64,000 nucleotides of DNA from Vicinamibacterales bacterium. Lineage in GTDB: Bacteria > Acidobacteriota > Vicinamibacteria > Vicinamibacterales > UBA8438. Below the pieces are notes generated by a model, which saw nothing but the letters and a program-made list of their open reading frames with translations, was not told where the DNA came from and did not search any database. Position numbers and translations under genes: made by a program. Location: the NCBI GenBank assembly GCA_963663815.1, contig OY760734.1. One strand, written 5' to 3'. Below are positions 28,294 to 37,667 of the stretch, piece after piece; position 1 is the first letter of the stretch, and each line of letters opens with the position of its first letter.

Positions 28294-29181
28294 ATGCTCA
28301 CGCTGCTGCCGGACGAGAGAACGTGGCTCGACCGTTACCGGGAAGCCATCAGGACGGAATGCCCGGACGCGGTGCGGGATCTCCTGATCTACGGCTCGAA
28401 GGCGCGAGGGGACGCCCACGAGGACAGCGACATCGACATGCTCGTGATCGTGAAGAAGGGCCACGATCACGTGAAGAACCGGCTGACCGACATGGCGGAC
28501 GACCTCGCGGTGACGGCGAACGCCGCACCGTCCACGATCGCACTGACCGAAGACGAGTGGGGGCGCATGAAGGCGCTGAGACTGCCCTTCCAGCGGAATG
28601 TGGAACGGGACGCGGTCTCGGTTCTCTCCGGCCCGAGCGAGGAGAGAGGACGGGCACGGAAGGCGCACGGCAGGGAGGGCCGCCGGCGGGCGGGATCACC
28701 GGCGGCGCGAGCCGGAGGGCAGACCATCGAGGAGCGCCCGATGAACAAGGAAGCGGTGCTGGCCGAATGGGGAAGCGCGGCCGATGCGCTGATCGATACG
28801 CGGGTGATGAGGGAGCAGGGGCGTGTGAAGGGCACCATCTCTCGGGGCTACTACGCCATCATGCACGCGGCCAGGGCCGCACTGCTCGTCCACGACGTGA
28901 GCACGTCGAGCCACGAGGCGGTACGGAAGAAGTTCGGCGAGCACGTCGTGAAGAGAGGCGGAATCGAAAGAGAATGGGGCAGGATGCTGCACCCCAGCGC
29001 CAGACAGAGGCAGCTGGCGGACTACGGGACCTCGACGACGATCAGCTTCACCGAGCAGGACGCCGACTCGGCGGCGGAGAACGCTGCGAAGTTCGTACAG
29101 CGCACACGGGACTACCTGCTCGCGGCGGGACTGACCGAACGAGAGCTCGACAGCATCGTCGATGACTCGCTTCCGATCTGA
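28294..29181 (+). CDS. In-frame fusion of minimal nucleotidyltransferase (MNT) and HEPN domain (type VII TA-like)
   Basis: IYGSKARGDAHEDSDIDML (NTase); SRGYYAIMHAARAALL...H..V...RQLADY (HEPN). An internal GAGGAG plus ATG lies at 28741. Confidence 0.88.
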   Translation: MLTLLPDERTWLDRYREAIRTECPDAVRDLLIYGSKARGDAHEDSDIDMLVIVKKGHDHVKNRLTDMADDLAVTANAAPSTIALTEDEWGRMKALRLPFQRNVERDAVSVLSGPSEERGRARKAHGREGRRRAGSPAARAGGQTIEERPMNKEAVLAEWGSAADALIDTRVMREQGRVKGTISRGYYAIMHAARAALLVHDVSTSSHEAVRKKFGEHVVKRGGIEREWGRMLHPSARQRQLADYGTSTTISFTEQDADSAAENAAKFVQRTRDYLLAAGLTERELDSIVDDSLPI

Positions 29182-29373
29182 CGCCAGGCAGTATCCGGAT
29201 ATCGCCGGCCCGTGGAACGAGAGCTGGCGCGCCCCCCAACGCCGCAGCCTACCCGGCCCAAGATGGAGGCTGGCGGGTGTCGGCGAATCCCCCCATTGCG
29301 GTTTGCCGCACAGGCTCCTAGAATGGGGTTCCGGCACCAGCCGGAAACCGCGTTCGCACCGAGGAGGCCCCGG

Positions 29374-30819
29374 ATGACGACCACGCGAAACCGGCGGCGG
29401 ACGTTCCCCTGGCAGATCGCGCTCACCACGGCGGTCGCGGCCCTCGCCGCGATGCCGGCTCCGGCGGCCGCGCAGGCCGCGGTCACCGACGAGGTCACCT
29501 TCACGCGCGACATCGCCCCCATCCTCCAGCGCAGCTGTCAGAAGTGCCATCGGCCCGACTCGCTGGCCCCGATGTCGCTCATCGACTACGCGGAGGTGCG
29601 GCCCTGGGCCCGCGCCATCAAGCTCCGCACGGGGCTGCGCGACAAGCCGGGGGTGATGCCCCCGTGGTACATCGAGAAGGACATCGGCATCCAGCGGTTC
29701 AAGGACGACCCGTCGCTCAGCGACGACGAGATCGCCCTCATCGCGAGGTGGGCGGACAACGGCGCCCCGCGGGGCGATCCGGCCGACCTGCCCCCGCCGG
29801 TCGCGTTCATCGACGTGGACCAGTGGGAGATCGGGCAGCCCGACCTGATCGTGTCGTCGCCGAGCTTCGAGGTGGCGGGCGACGCGCCCGACTGGTGGGG
29901 GTCGATCGGCGAGGTGCCGACAGGGCTGGTCGAGGACCGCTACGTTTCGGCGATGGAGTACAAGGAGGTCACCGAGTCGAGCGAGGGCGAGGTCCGCGAG
30001 ACGGTCGGCGGCCTCTTCGTGGTGCACCACGCCACCCTCGGGGTGACCGATCCGGACCCCGACCCCGACGAGGTCGATCCGCTGGCCGCGCAGCGCCGCT
30101 GGCCGACCCACGAGGTGGGGCGCAACGCCGATGTCTTCGACCCCGAGGCGGGCAAGATCATGAAGGCGGGGTCGAAGCTGCAGTTCAACTCGATGCACCT
30201 GCACGCAAACGGGGCGGACACGAGGGCCCACCTGAAGGTCGGCTTCAAGTTCCATCCCCCGGGGTACGAGCCGACCCGCAAGTGGGTGCGCATGTCGTTC
30301 GGCAACGGCGTCGACCTCGACATCGAGGCGATGGATCCCGACCAGCAGATGGAGGCCTACTTCACCCTGCCGGAGCACACGCTGATCACCATCTTCGAGC
30401 CCCACATGCACGCGCCCGGCGTGCGGATGTGCCTCGACGCCATCTGGGGGCACCACGTCCAGACCCTGAACTGCGCCGGCTACGACCACAGCTGGGTGCG
30501 GGTCTACAACTACGCGGACGACGCGGCGCCGCTGCTGCCGAAGGGCGCCATCCTCCGGATGACCGGCTACTTCAACAACTCGCCGTCGAACCCCAACGTG
30601 CCCGACCCGCGCAACTGGTCGGGCGGCGGACACCGCTCGGTCGACCAGATGTTCATCAACCTGATGCGCGGGGTCTACCTGACCGATGAGGAGTTCGCGG
30701 CGGAGATGGCCAAGCGGCGCGAGAGTCTCGGCCTCGCCGACGGCGAGGTGGTCCTCGGCTGTCCGCTCTGCGGAACCGTGGTCGAGGCACCGACCGAGAA
30801 CGCCGGAGGGGGACAGTGA
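29374..30819 (+). CDS. Secreted c-type cytochrome fused to a copper type II (PHM/DBH-like) monooxygenase-like domain
   Basis: GAGGAGG RBS, signal peptide, CQKCH heme motif, MPPW, and VVHH, HLH, HMH and DQM candidate copper ligands. Confidence 0.72.
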   Translation: MTTTRNRRRTFPWQIALTTAVAALAAMPAPAAAQAAVTDEVTFTRDIAPILQRSCQKCHRPDSLAPMSLIDYAEVRPWARAIKLRTGLRDKPGVMPPWYIEKDIGIQRFKDDPSLSDDEIALIARWADNGAPRGDPADLPPPVAFIDVDQWEIGQPDLIVSSPSFEVAGDAPDWWGSIGEVPTGLVEDRYVSAMEYKEVTESSEGEVRETVGGLFVVHHATLGVTDPDPDPDEVDPLAAQRRWPTHEVGRNADVFDPEAGKIMKAGSKLQFNSMHLHANGADTRAHLKVGFKFHPPGYEPTRKWVRMSFGNGVDLDIEAMDPDQQMEAYFTLPEHTLITIFEPHMHAPGVRMCLDAIWGHHVQTLNCAGYDHSWVRVYNYADDAAPLLPKGAILRMTGYFNNSPSNPNVPDPRNWSGGGHRSVDQMFINLMRGVYLTDEEFAAEMAKRRESLGLADGEVVLGCPLCGTVVEAPTENAGGGQ

Positions 30820-31793
30820 GAGCCGCGGCCGGGCGCGGCGGGAGCCTCCCGGTGCTCCGCGGGCTGCTCGGCTCGCGGACCAGGTTGGCGACGACCAGGA
30901 CCGCGGCCCCGGTCGTCGCCATCTTGCTCACCGGGCTGCTCGTCGGCCTCGCCGCGGGGGACGCCGGCGCGCAGGGCCCCCGGCGCGCCTACGACTATGG
31001 CCAGGAGGTGGTGCCGGCCTACGAGGGCTGGGAGCAGAACCCGGACGGCTCGTTCAACCTGGTGTTCGGGACGATGAACCGGAACTGGGTGGAGGATCTG
31101 CACATCCCCATCGGCCCCGACAACCACATCGAGCCCGGCGGGCCCGACCAGGGGCAGCCGACCTGGTTCCTGCCGCGGCGCAACCGCTTCCTCTTCCGCA
31201 TCCGGGTCCCCGCCGACTTCGGCAACCGGGAGCTGGTCTGGACCCTCACCAGCCACGGCGAGACGAAGCGCGCCTACGGCACCCTGAAGCCCGACTACTA
31301 CATGGACGACAACGTCCGCATGGCGAACAACGGGGCCGGCGTCTCCGGCGAGCTGTTCAAGAACCTCGCCCCGACGCTCGACGTGCACGGCGAGTCGACC
31401 CGCACCGTGAAGGCGAACGCGACGGTCACCCTGACCGCGATCGCACACGACGAGGACGAGCTGCCGAGGCGGCGGCGGATGCGACCCGTGGACCCGGGCC
31501 GCCCCACGAGCCTGACGCCCATCGCCGCGACCGGCCTCCGGCTGTCGTGGTTCGTCTACCGGGGAGCGGTGCCGGTGACCTTCGATCCGGTACAGACCAA
31601 GGTGTGGGAGGACACGCGGGCGAACTCGAACTCGCCGTGGGGCGCGGGCTGGGAGACGCCCGATCCGCCCCCGGACAACGAGTGGGTGGTGCAGGCCACC
31701 TTCACGGAGCCCGGCACCTACGTGCTGCGGTGCATCGCCCACGACGGGGCGCTGGCGACCTACGAGGATGTTACGTTCGTGGTAACGGAGTGA
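30816..31793 (+). CDS. Secreted hypothetical protein with Ig/PKD-like C-terminus
   Basis: GTGA overlap with the upstream gene; signal peptide; ATFTEPGTYVLRCIAHDG PKD-like strand pattern. Confidence 0.75.
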   Translation: MRAAAGRGGSLPVLRGLLGSRTRLATTRTAAPVVAILLTGLLVGLAAGDAGAQGPRRAYDYGQEVVPAYEGWEQNPDGSFNLVFGTMNRNWVEDLHIPIGPDNHIEPGGPDQGQPTWFLPRRNRFLFRIRVPADFGNRELVWTLTSHGETKRAYGTLKPDYYMDDNVRMANNGAGVSGELFKNLAPTLDVHGESTRTVKANATVTLTAIAHDEDELPRRRRMRPVDPGRPTSLTPIAATGLRLSWFVYRGAVPVTFDPVQTKVWEDTRANSNSPWGAGWETPDPPPDNEWVVQATFTEPGTYVLRCIAHDGALATYEDVTFVVTE

Positions 31794-32707
31794 AGCGGTC
31801 CATGACCAAACATGTCGGCGCCGTCCTGATTCTGGCCGTGGGGATCCTGGCCGCGGGGTCGCCCGGACTGTCCCAGACCCGGGATGCCGAGGCGCGGGAA
31901 GCGGCGGCCGAGACGGCCGCGCGTGCGGCCCTGGAGGACTTCATCACGCGGTGGAATAGCGCCGACGATGCCAGCCTGCGCCTGGCGATGCACTTTCCGT
32001 TCGCGACGGTGCCGGGCGGCGGGGCGCTGCTCGTCGACGCGCGACCGGAAGACTTCTCGGCCGGCTTCGACGAGATGCGGACGCGCGAGGGATGGAGTCG
32101 CAGCTCGTTCGACTTCGACTCGCTCGCGGTGGTCAAGTCGTCGCCCGACAAGGTGCACGCGGAGATCGGCTTCAGCCGCTACCAGGCTGACGGGACCGCC
32201 TATCGCACGTCGCGCGTGTTCTACATCGTGACCCGCCGGGACGACCGATGGGGCGTGCAACTTCGGAGTCCGGCGGCCGAGCCCGAGGATATGGGCGCCG
32301 CCGAGCGGGCGGAGATCGTCTCGGCGGCCCGTCGGGCCGTGCTCGACTTCTTCACCGCCTTCAATGCCGGCGACGTCGACGGCGCCGTCGCCACCCTGAA
32401 CCACCCGCACCTGTTCATGACCCCCGGCGGCGGCTTCTCGGTGGCCGAGTCGCCCGCCGACGGCCCCCGCCCCGACTTCGACCGGATGCGCCGCGACGAA
32501 GACTGGCACATGAGCAGCATCGACGCGCTGGAGCCGAGCATCGTCACGCGGAACAAGGTGCACTTCGAGCTGACGTTCACCCGCTGGCACCCCGACGGCA
32601 CCCGCTACTGGACGGTCCCCGCGCTCTGGATCGTGACCCGCGCGGGAGACCACTGGGGCATCCAGGTCCGGTCGCTCATGCCGCCCACGTTCGACGCGCG
32701 CGAGTGA
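31790..32707 (+). CDS. Secreted protein with two tandem NTF2/SnoaL-like domains
   Basis: GTGA overlap; signal peptide; two internal repeats (F...WN/FN..D....HFPF/NHPH...W..S....KVH....F.RY/RW..DG....YIVTR..D.WG.Q.RS). Confidence 0.7.
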   Translation: MKRSMTKHVGAVLILAVGILAAGSPGLSQTRDAEAREAAAETAARAALEDFITRWNSADDASLRLAMHFPFATVPGGGALLVDARPEDFSAGFDEMRTREGWSRSSFDFDSLAVVKSSPDKVHAEIGFSRYQADGTAYRTSRVFYIVTRRDDRWGVQLRSPAAEPEDMGAAERAEIVSAARRAVLDFFTAFNAGDVDGAVATLNHPHLFMTPGGGFSVAESPADGPRPDFDRMRRDEDWHMSSIDALEPSIVTRNKVHFELTFTRWHPDGTRYWTVPALWIVTRAGDHWGIQVRSLMPPTFDARE

Positions 32708-32725
32708 CGGGCGCTCGGCCTTCTC

Positions 32726-34042
32726 TCAACCGGTTCGACTCGGGAAGCGCGCCTCCATCTCGCGCCGCGCCTTCACGGCCATCCCGTCCGGATCGACCTC
32801 CACGTCGTCCCAGCCGACGATCTCGCCCGCGCCGACGGCCCGCTTAAGCGGCGCGCCGTGCGCGAGGCCGATCGGCAGGGCCCCGCGCTCGAGCGACGTC
32901 CGCGCCGGCAGCAGCTTGCCGTAGACGGTGAACCCGCCCTCGCCGTCGAGCGTCTCCCCCGCCGCGAGGTCGCGCTTCGCGGTCGCCGCCACGTCGCCCA
33001 CGAAATCACGCGAGGCCCCGGTCGGCTTCCCGAGCAGCCCGGCCGCGAGGACCGACACGTTGAGCTCGAGCCCGATGAGGTGGAACGGCTTGTACATGGC
33101 CGAGTACCGGCCCGACGCGTCGGTGTTCATGCCGTACTGCCGGAAGCAGCCGGCGGTGTAGTCGTTGGGCGCCTCGACGACGACGTAGACGCCCCAGCGC
33201 AGGTCGCCGGGCACCGGCCGCCCGTCGCGCTCGAGCGACGACACCACCTCGACCTGCCCCTTGTGGTGGAGCTGGCCGCCGGCCCCGGCCGGCCGCAGCA
33301 CGTGCGCGAGGTCGTCCCGGCCGCAGGGGGGGAACCGCAGGCCGTCCGGCGCCGGGGTGAGTCCGGTCGCGTTGGCGATCGCGGTCATCTCGATCGCCGA
33401 CTTCGTCCCGTCGAGGAACGAGTTGAACATCCGGCTGTTCATGCCCGCCGCCCGCGCCTCGTCGGCCGTGAGGCCGTAGTGGTCCCACACCGTGTCCGGG
33501 GTCGAGGCGTGGTACGACGGCAGGTACTTGGTGCCCTTACCCGCCGCCACCACGTCGAAGCCGCACGCGCGCGCCCAATCCACGAGCTCGCAGGTCAGGG
33601 CGGGCTGATCGCCGTAGGCCATGCTGTAGACCACACCGGCCGCGCGGGCCTCGGCCGCGAGCAGCGGCCCCGCCAGCACGTCGGCCTCGACGTTGACCAT
33701 GACGATGTGCCGGCCCGCCGCGCACGCGGCACGCGCGTGCGCGATGCCCGCCGCGGGGTCGCCGGTCGCCTCGACCACGACGTCGACGACGTCGTCGCGC
33801 ACCGCCTCCCAGGCGTCGTCCGTAAACCGCGTCGCGGCGATGCGTGCATCGCTCCAGCCGACGGCGCGGCACGCGGCGCGCGCGCGGGCCGGGTCGAGGT
33901 CCGCGATCGTGCGCACCTCCAGACCAGCCGTCGACGGGACTTGGCTCAGAAACATCGAGCCGAACTTGCCAGCGCCGATCAGGCCGACCCCCACCGGCCG
34001 GCCGCCGGCGGCGCGCGCGCGCAACTCGTCCCAGAGATACAT
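32726..34042 (-). CDS. NAD(P)-dependent oxidoreductase, homoserine-dehydrogenase-like with C-terminal SAF domain
   Basis: GLIGAGKFG Rossmann motif, VVEATG, AYGDQP, AAGKGTKY, FLDGTKSAIEM and a SAF tail (AKRDLAAGETLDGEGG...LPIGL). Confidence 0.88.
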   Translation of the reverse strand: MYLWDELRARAAGGRPVGVGLIGAGKFGSMFLSQVPSTAGLEVRTIADLDPARARAACRAVGWSDARIAATRFTDDAWEAVRDDVVDVVVEATGDPAAGIAHARAACAAGRHIVMVNVEADVLAGPLLAAEARAAGVVYSMAYGDQPALTCELVDWARACGFDVVAAGKGTKYLPSYHASTPDTVWDHYGLTADEARAAGMNSRMFNSFLDGTKSAIEMTAIANATGLTPAPDGLRFPPCGRDDLAHVLRPAGAGGQLHHKGQVEVVSSLERDGRPVPGDLRWGVYVVVEAPNDYTAGCFRQYGMNTDASGRYSAMYKPFHLIGLELNVSVLAAGLLGKPTGASRDFVGDVAATAKRDLAAGETLDGEGGFTVYGKLLPARTSLERGALPIGLAHGAPLKRAVGAGEIVGWDDVEVDPDGMAVKARREMEARFPSRTG

Positions 34043-34051
34043 CGCGCCCCT

Positions 34052-34846
34052 TCAGACCGCCGCGCCCGCGCGCGCGAGCTGGGTGAGACAGTCGTCGGCC
34101 AGCGGCTCTATCGGCGTGAAGTCGCGGTGCGCGATCCACGCTGCGCGCTTGAACCGGCGGATGTGGTTGTCGACGTGGCACAGCGAGAGGTAGACGATGC
34201 TGCGGCCGAACGGGCTGATGTTCGGCGGGCTCGCGTGCACCAGGGTCGAGGCGAAGACGATGAGGCTGCCGGGAAGCCCGGTCGGGGCCACGCAGCCGCC
34301 CCGCTCGGCGAGCCGGGTCACCGTCGCGCGGTCGAGCGTCCACAGCGGATAGCTCGTCGTCTCGAGGTCGTGCCCGGCCTCGAACACCCCCTGCCGGTGG
34401 CTCCCGGGCAGGAACAGCAGCGGCCCGTTGGCGGCCGTTACCTCGTCGAGGAACACCGCGATGTTCATGGCCCGCGGCTCGGGCATCTCGTCGTCGCGGT
34501 GCCACGTGCCGAAGTCCTGGTGCCACTGCCAGACCTCGCCGTCGAAGGCGGCCTTGGCGTTCACCTTGTACTGGTGCATGTACACCGGGCCGCCGACGAG
34601 TTGCATGACCGGCTCGACGAGGCGCGGGTGGCGCCCGAGGCGGCGGAACGCCTCGTTGTAGGTGTGGGCCGCGAACGCGGTGCGCGCGACGCCGCTCGAC
34701 TCGCGCCACACCTCCTGGCGGTCGAGGGCGTAGACCTCGTCGGCGGCGGCCCGCAGCACCGCCGCCTCCTCGGCCGAGAAGCGCGAGGGGAAGAACAGGT
34801 AGCCCTGCTCGTCGAACCGTTCCATCTCCTCGGGGGTCAGCTTCAT
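34052..34846 (-). CDS. Phytanoyl-CoA dioxygenase (PhyH) family 2OG-Fe(II) oxygenase, EctD-like
   Basis: QYKVNAKAAFDG..WQWHQDFGTWH (HxD), NGPL, VHASPPN..R motifs. Confidence 0.88.
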   Translation of the reverse strand: MKLTPEEMERFDEQGYLFFPSRFSAEEAAVLRAAADEVYALDRQEVWRESSGVARTAFAAHTYNEAFRRLGRHPRLVEPVMQLVGGPVYMHQYKVNAKAAFDGEVWQWHQDFGTWHRDDEMPEPRAMNIAVFLDEVTAANGPLLFLPGSHRQGVFEAGHDLETTSYPLWTLDRATVTRLAERGGCVAPTGLPGSLIVFASTLVHASPPNISPFGRSIVYLSLCHVDNHIRRFKRAAWIAHRDFTPIEPLADDCLTQLARAGAAV

Positions 34847-34940
34847 GAGGGGTCCTCCTCGGTCGGGGCACGGACCTGCGCGCAGGCCGGTCCCGACTCG
34901 CCGGCCCGCTCCGTCCCGCGCGTCACGTACACTGTAGGCC

Positions 34941-35669
34941 ATGTCAGCCTTGACCGACTACCGTGTCCTCACCTTCGACTGCTACGGCACCCTGATCGAC
35001 TGGGAGGGCGGCATCTGGGACGCCCTGCAGCCCGTGATCATGCGAAACCCCGGCCCCGGCGTCACCCGCGACGCCGGACTCCGCGCCTTCGCGCAGTGCG
35101 AGAGCCGGCAGGAGCAGGCCACGCCGGGCCTGTGCTATCCGGAGCTGCTCGCGCGCGTGCACCGGCGCATCGCCGAGAGCCTCGACCTGCGGACGGACGA
35201 CGAGCTCGACGCGGCCTTCGGCGCCTCGGTACCGCACTGGCCGGCGTTCCCGGACACCGCCGACGCACTGCGCGTCCTCAAGCGGCGCTACCGGCTCGCC
35301 ATCCTGTCCAACGTGCACCGCGACGGCATCGCCGCCTCGAACCGGAAGCTCGGGGTCGAGTTCGACGCCGTCTACACCGCCGAGGACATCGGCTCCTACA
35401 AGCCGGCCGACGCCAACTTCGAGTACATGCTGGCCCGCCTCAAGTCCGACCTCGGCCTGGAGCGGTCCGACGTGCTGCACACCGCGCAGAGCCTGCACCA
35501 CGACCACGGGCCGGCGAACCGTTTCGGGCTCGCCAACGCCTGGATCGACCGGCAGCGGCTGTCGGAGGGCGGGAGCTGGGGCGCCACCGAGCGCGTCGAT
35601 CCCATGCCGTCGACCGATTTCGTGTTCTTTTCGATGGGCGAGATGGCGGCGGCGGTGTCCACCGCTTGA
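34941..35669 (+). CDS. HAD-IA hydrolase, haloacid dehalogenase type II-like
   Basis: LTFDCYGTLIDWE, ILSN, SYKP and LHTAQSLHHD motifs. Confidence 0.9.
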   Translation: MSALTDYRVLTFDCYGTLIDWEGGIWDALQPVIMRNPGPGVTRDAGLRAFAQCESRQEQATPGLCYPELLARVHRRIAESLDLRTDDELDAAFGASVPHWPAFPDTADALRVLKRRYRLAILSNVHRDGIAASNRKLGVEFDAVYTAEDIGSYKPADANFEYMLARLKSDLGLERSDVLHTAQSLHHDHGPANRFGLANAWIDRQRLSEGGSWGATERVDPMPSTDFVFFSMGEMAAAVSTA

Positions 35670-35868
35670 GCCGGCGCCGGACCAGGACATTCTGCTGAAC
35701 ATCAGGTGAGCAGCCTGTAACCCTGACTTCTTCAGCCGCTCTCGATCAACGACCGCTGGCGCCTCCCGAACCGGGGCCATCCACCCGATGCCTCTCCCCC
35801 TCGCGCTGGCCCGCATCCGTCCGCACCGGTCGGTCGTGCAGCGTCAGATGAAACGGCGCAGCAGGCGT

Positions 35869-36477
35869 TCAGAATGCGGGCTTCCAGACGGCGGCGAGGT
35901 CGAGCGAGAACCCCGGCAGGACCGTTTCGCCGGTGACGACCTCGGTGCGCTGTTCGAGGCTGCCGTCGGCACGGAAGATGGCGACCTGCCGCCGGGCGGG
36001 ATCGATGAGCCAGCCCAGGCGGGCGCCGTTGGCGCGGTACTCCTCCATCTTCCGCCGGCCGGCCGCACGAGAGTCCGAGGGCGAGAGGAGCTCGATGACG
36101 AAGTCGGGGCACAGCGGCAGGAATCGCTGCTTGTCCTCGGGAGCAAGCCGGGCGAGCCGGTTGCGGAGGACCCAGGCGGCATCCGGCGCACGCACCGCGC
36201 CGTTCGGAAGCTCGAACCCGGTCGAGGAGTCGAAGGTGACGCCGGTCCCATCCTCTTCGGCCCAGCGATAGAGGGCGGCAACCACGAGCCCGTTCCGCGC
36301 CCCCGTTTCCCCGCCGGCGGGCGTCATCACCGCGATGCTCCCTTCTGCGTTGCGCTCGATCCGCACGTCGCGATTCACTTGGCAGAACTGGAAGAACTGC
36401 TCCCGGCTCATGTCGATGGCCGGGGGCATGTGCAGCTCCAGGGCCGCCGGGCCGGGCCGCTGATGGAAGACCGCCAT
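35869..36477 (-). CDS. Uma2 family endonuclease
   Basis: DSSTGFELPNGAVRAPDAAW...PDFVIELLSPSD...KMEEY..NGARLGWLIDP. Confidence 0.93.
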   Translation of the reverse strand: MAVFHQRPGPAALELHMPPAIDMSREQFFQFCQVNRDVRIERNAEGSIAVMTPAGGETGARNGLVVAALYRWAEEDGTGVTFDSSTGFELPNGAVRAPDAAWVLRNRLARLAPEDKQRFLPLCPDFVIELLSPSDSRAAGRRKMEEYRANGARLGWLIDPARRQVAIFRADGSLEQRTEVVTGETVLPGFSLDLAAVWKPAF

Positions 36478-36587
36478 GACCTCAGGCTACCGCACGCGCC
36501 TCGCGGGAATCAACGGAGCCGGACCGCCGGCGGGCGAGTGGACCCCACGGCAAACACTTGGCAGGCGACCCTTGACGCCATCCCCGG

Positions 36588-37667
36588 TCACCGGTCCGCT
36601 CCGCCGGTCGCGGCGACGAGCCTCGCGGCGACCGTGGAGAGGCCCAGCCGGTGATCGTCCGGGTCGATCCAGCGCGCGGCGTCCTTGCGGACCGCGGCCG
36701 GCCGAGACTTGAGGCGAACGTAGACCGGCTCGACGTCGAGGTCGTAGTGGGTGAACGCGTGGCGGAAGACGCCGGCGGCACGGATCTCGTCGACGAGGCC
36801 GGCATCGACGCCGGCCTCGTCGAGGAATCCGTCCACCGTCTCGCGGGCGTCGCGGTCCGGCGGCGACCAGAGGCCGCCCCAGATCCCGGTGGGCGGCCGA
36901 TGCTCCACGAGGCAGGCGCCGTCGGGATCGATCAGCACGAAGAACCGGCGCCGCTCGAGGCGGCGGGGGCGGCGCGGCGCCGCTTCGGGATACCGCTCGG
37001 GATCGCCCGCCGCGAAGGCCCGGCAGCCGGCGCGCACCGGACAGTCGGTGCAGCGCGGCCGGCGGCGCCGGCACACCGTCGCCCCGAGGTCCATGATGGC
37101 CTGCGTGTAGTCCGCGGCGCGGTCGCGCGGGGTATGCGATTCCGCGAGGCGCCACAGCTCGCCGAGGGTAGCCGATGACGACACGGGACCCGCGACGCGG
37201 TGCCGCCGCGCCAGCACACGCTTGACGTTGCCGTCCAGGATTGGCGCGCGCCGGCCCCAGGCCTGGGCGACAATGGCGGCGGCGGTGGAGCGCCCCACGC
37301 CGGGCAGCGCCTCCAGTTCCGCCTCGGTGTCGGGGAACGTGCCTCCGCGGTCGCGAACGACGATGCCGGCGGCGCGATACAGGTTGCGCGCGCGCGCGTA
37401 GTACCCAAGGCCGCTCCACAGATGCAGCACTTCGTCCAGGTCGACGCGCGCCAGCGTCTCGATATCGGGGAAGCGGGTCGTGAACCGCTCGAAGTACGGC
37501 ACGACCGTGCCCACCTGGGTCTGCTGAAGCATGATCTCCGCGACCCATACGCGGTACGGCGTGCGCTCCCCCTGCCAGGGCAGGTCCTTGCGGCCGTGAA
37601 CGTCCCACCAGGCGAGCAGGCGGCGGGCGAAGGAGCCGGCGGCGGCGGATACCATCGGCTGCGTCAC
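36588..37667 (-). CDS. mutY: A/G-specific adenine glycosylase
   Basis: RKDLPWQ..TPYRVWVAEIMLQQTQV, WSGLGYYARARN, LPGVGRSTA, DGNVKRV, and the [4Fe-4S] motif C-x6-C-x2-C-x5-C. GTG 37667 overlaps the upstream stop (ATG 37655 is an alternative). Confidence 0.96.
   Translation of the reverse strand: MTQPMVSAAAGSFARRLLAWWDVHGRKDLPWQGERTPYRVWVAEIMLQQTQVGTVVPYFERFTTRFPDIETLARVDLDEVLHLWSGLGYYARARNLYRAAGIVVRDRGGTFPDTEAELEALPGVGRSTAAAIVAQAWGRRAPILDGNVKRVLARRHRVAGPVSSSATLGELWRLAESHTPRDRAADYTQAIMDLGATVCRRRRPRCTDCPVRAGCRAFAAGDPERYPEAAPRRPRRLERRRFFVLIDPDGACLVEHRPPTGIWGGLWSPPDRDARETVDGFLDEAGVDAGLVDEIRAAGVFRHAFTHYDLDVEPVYVRLKSRPAAVRKDAARWIDPDDHRLGLSTVAARLVAATGGADR

Noticed and set aside
30686-31789. N-terminal extension of the 673-aa ORF
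   Set aside because: It is a shadow of 30816-31793. The real gene starts at 31790 or 31802.
34052-34846. Calling the dioxygenase ectD
   Set aside because: The signature is similar but not identical, and there is no ectoine operon context.
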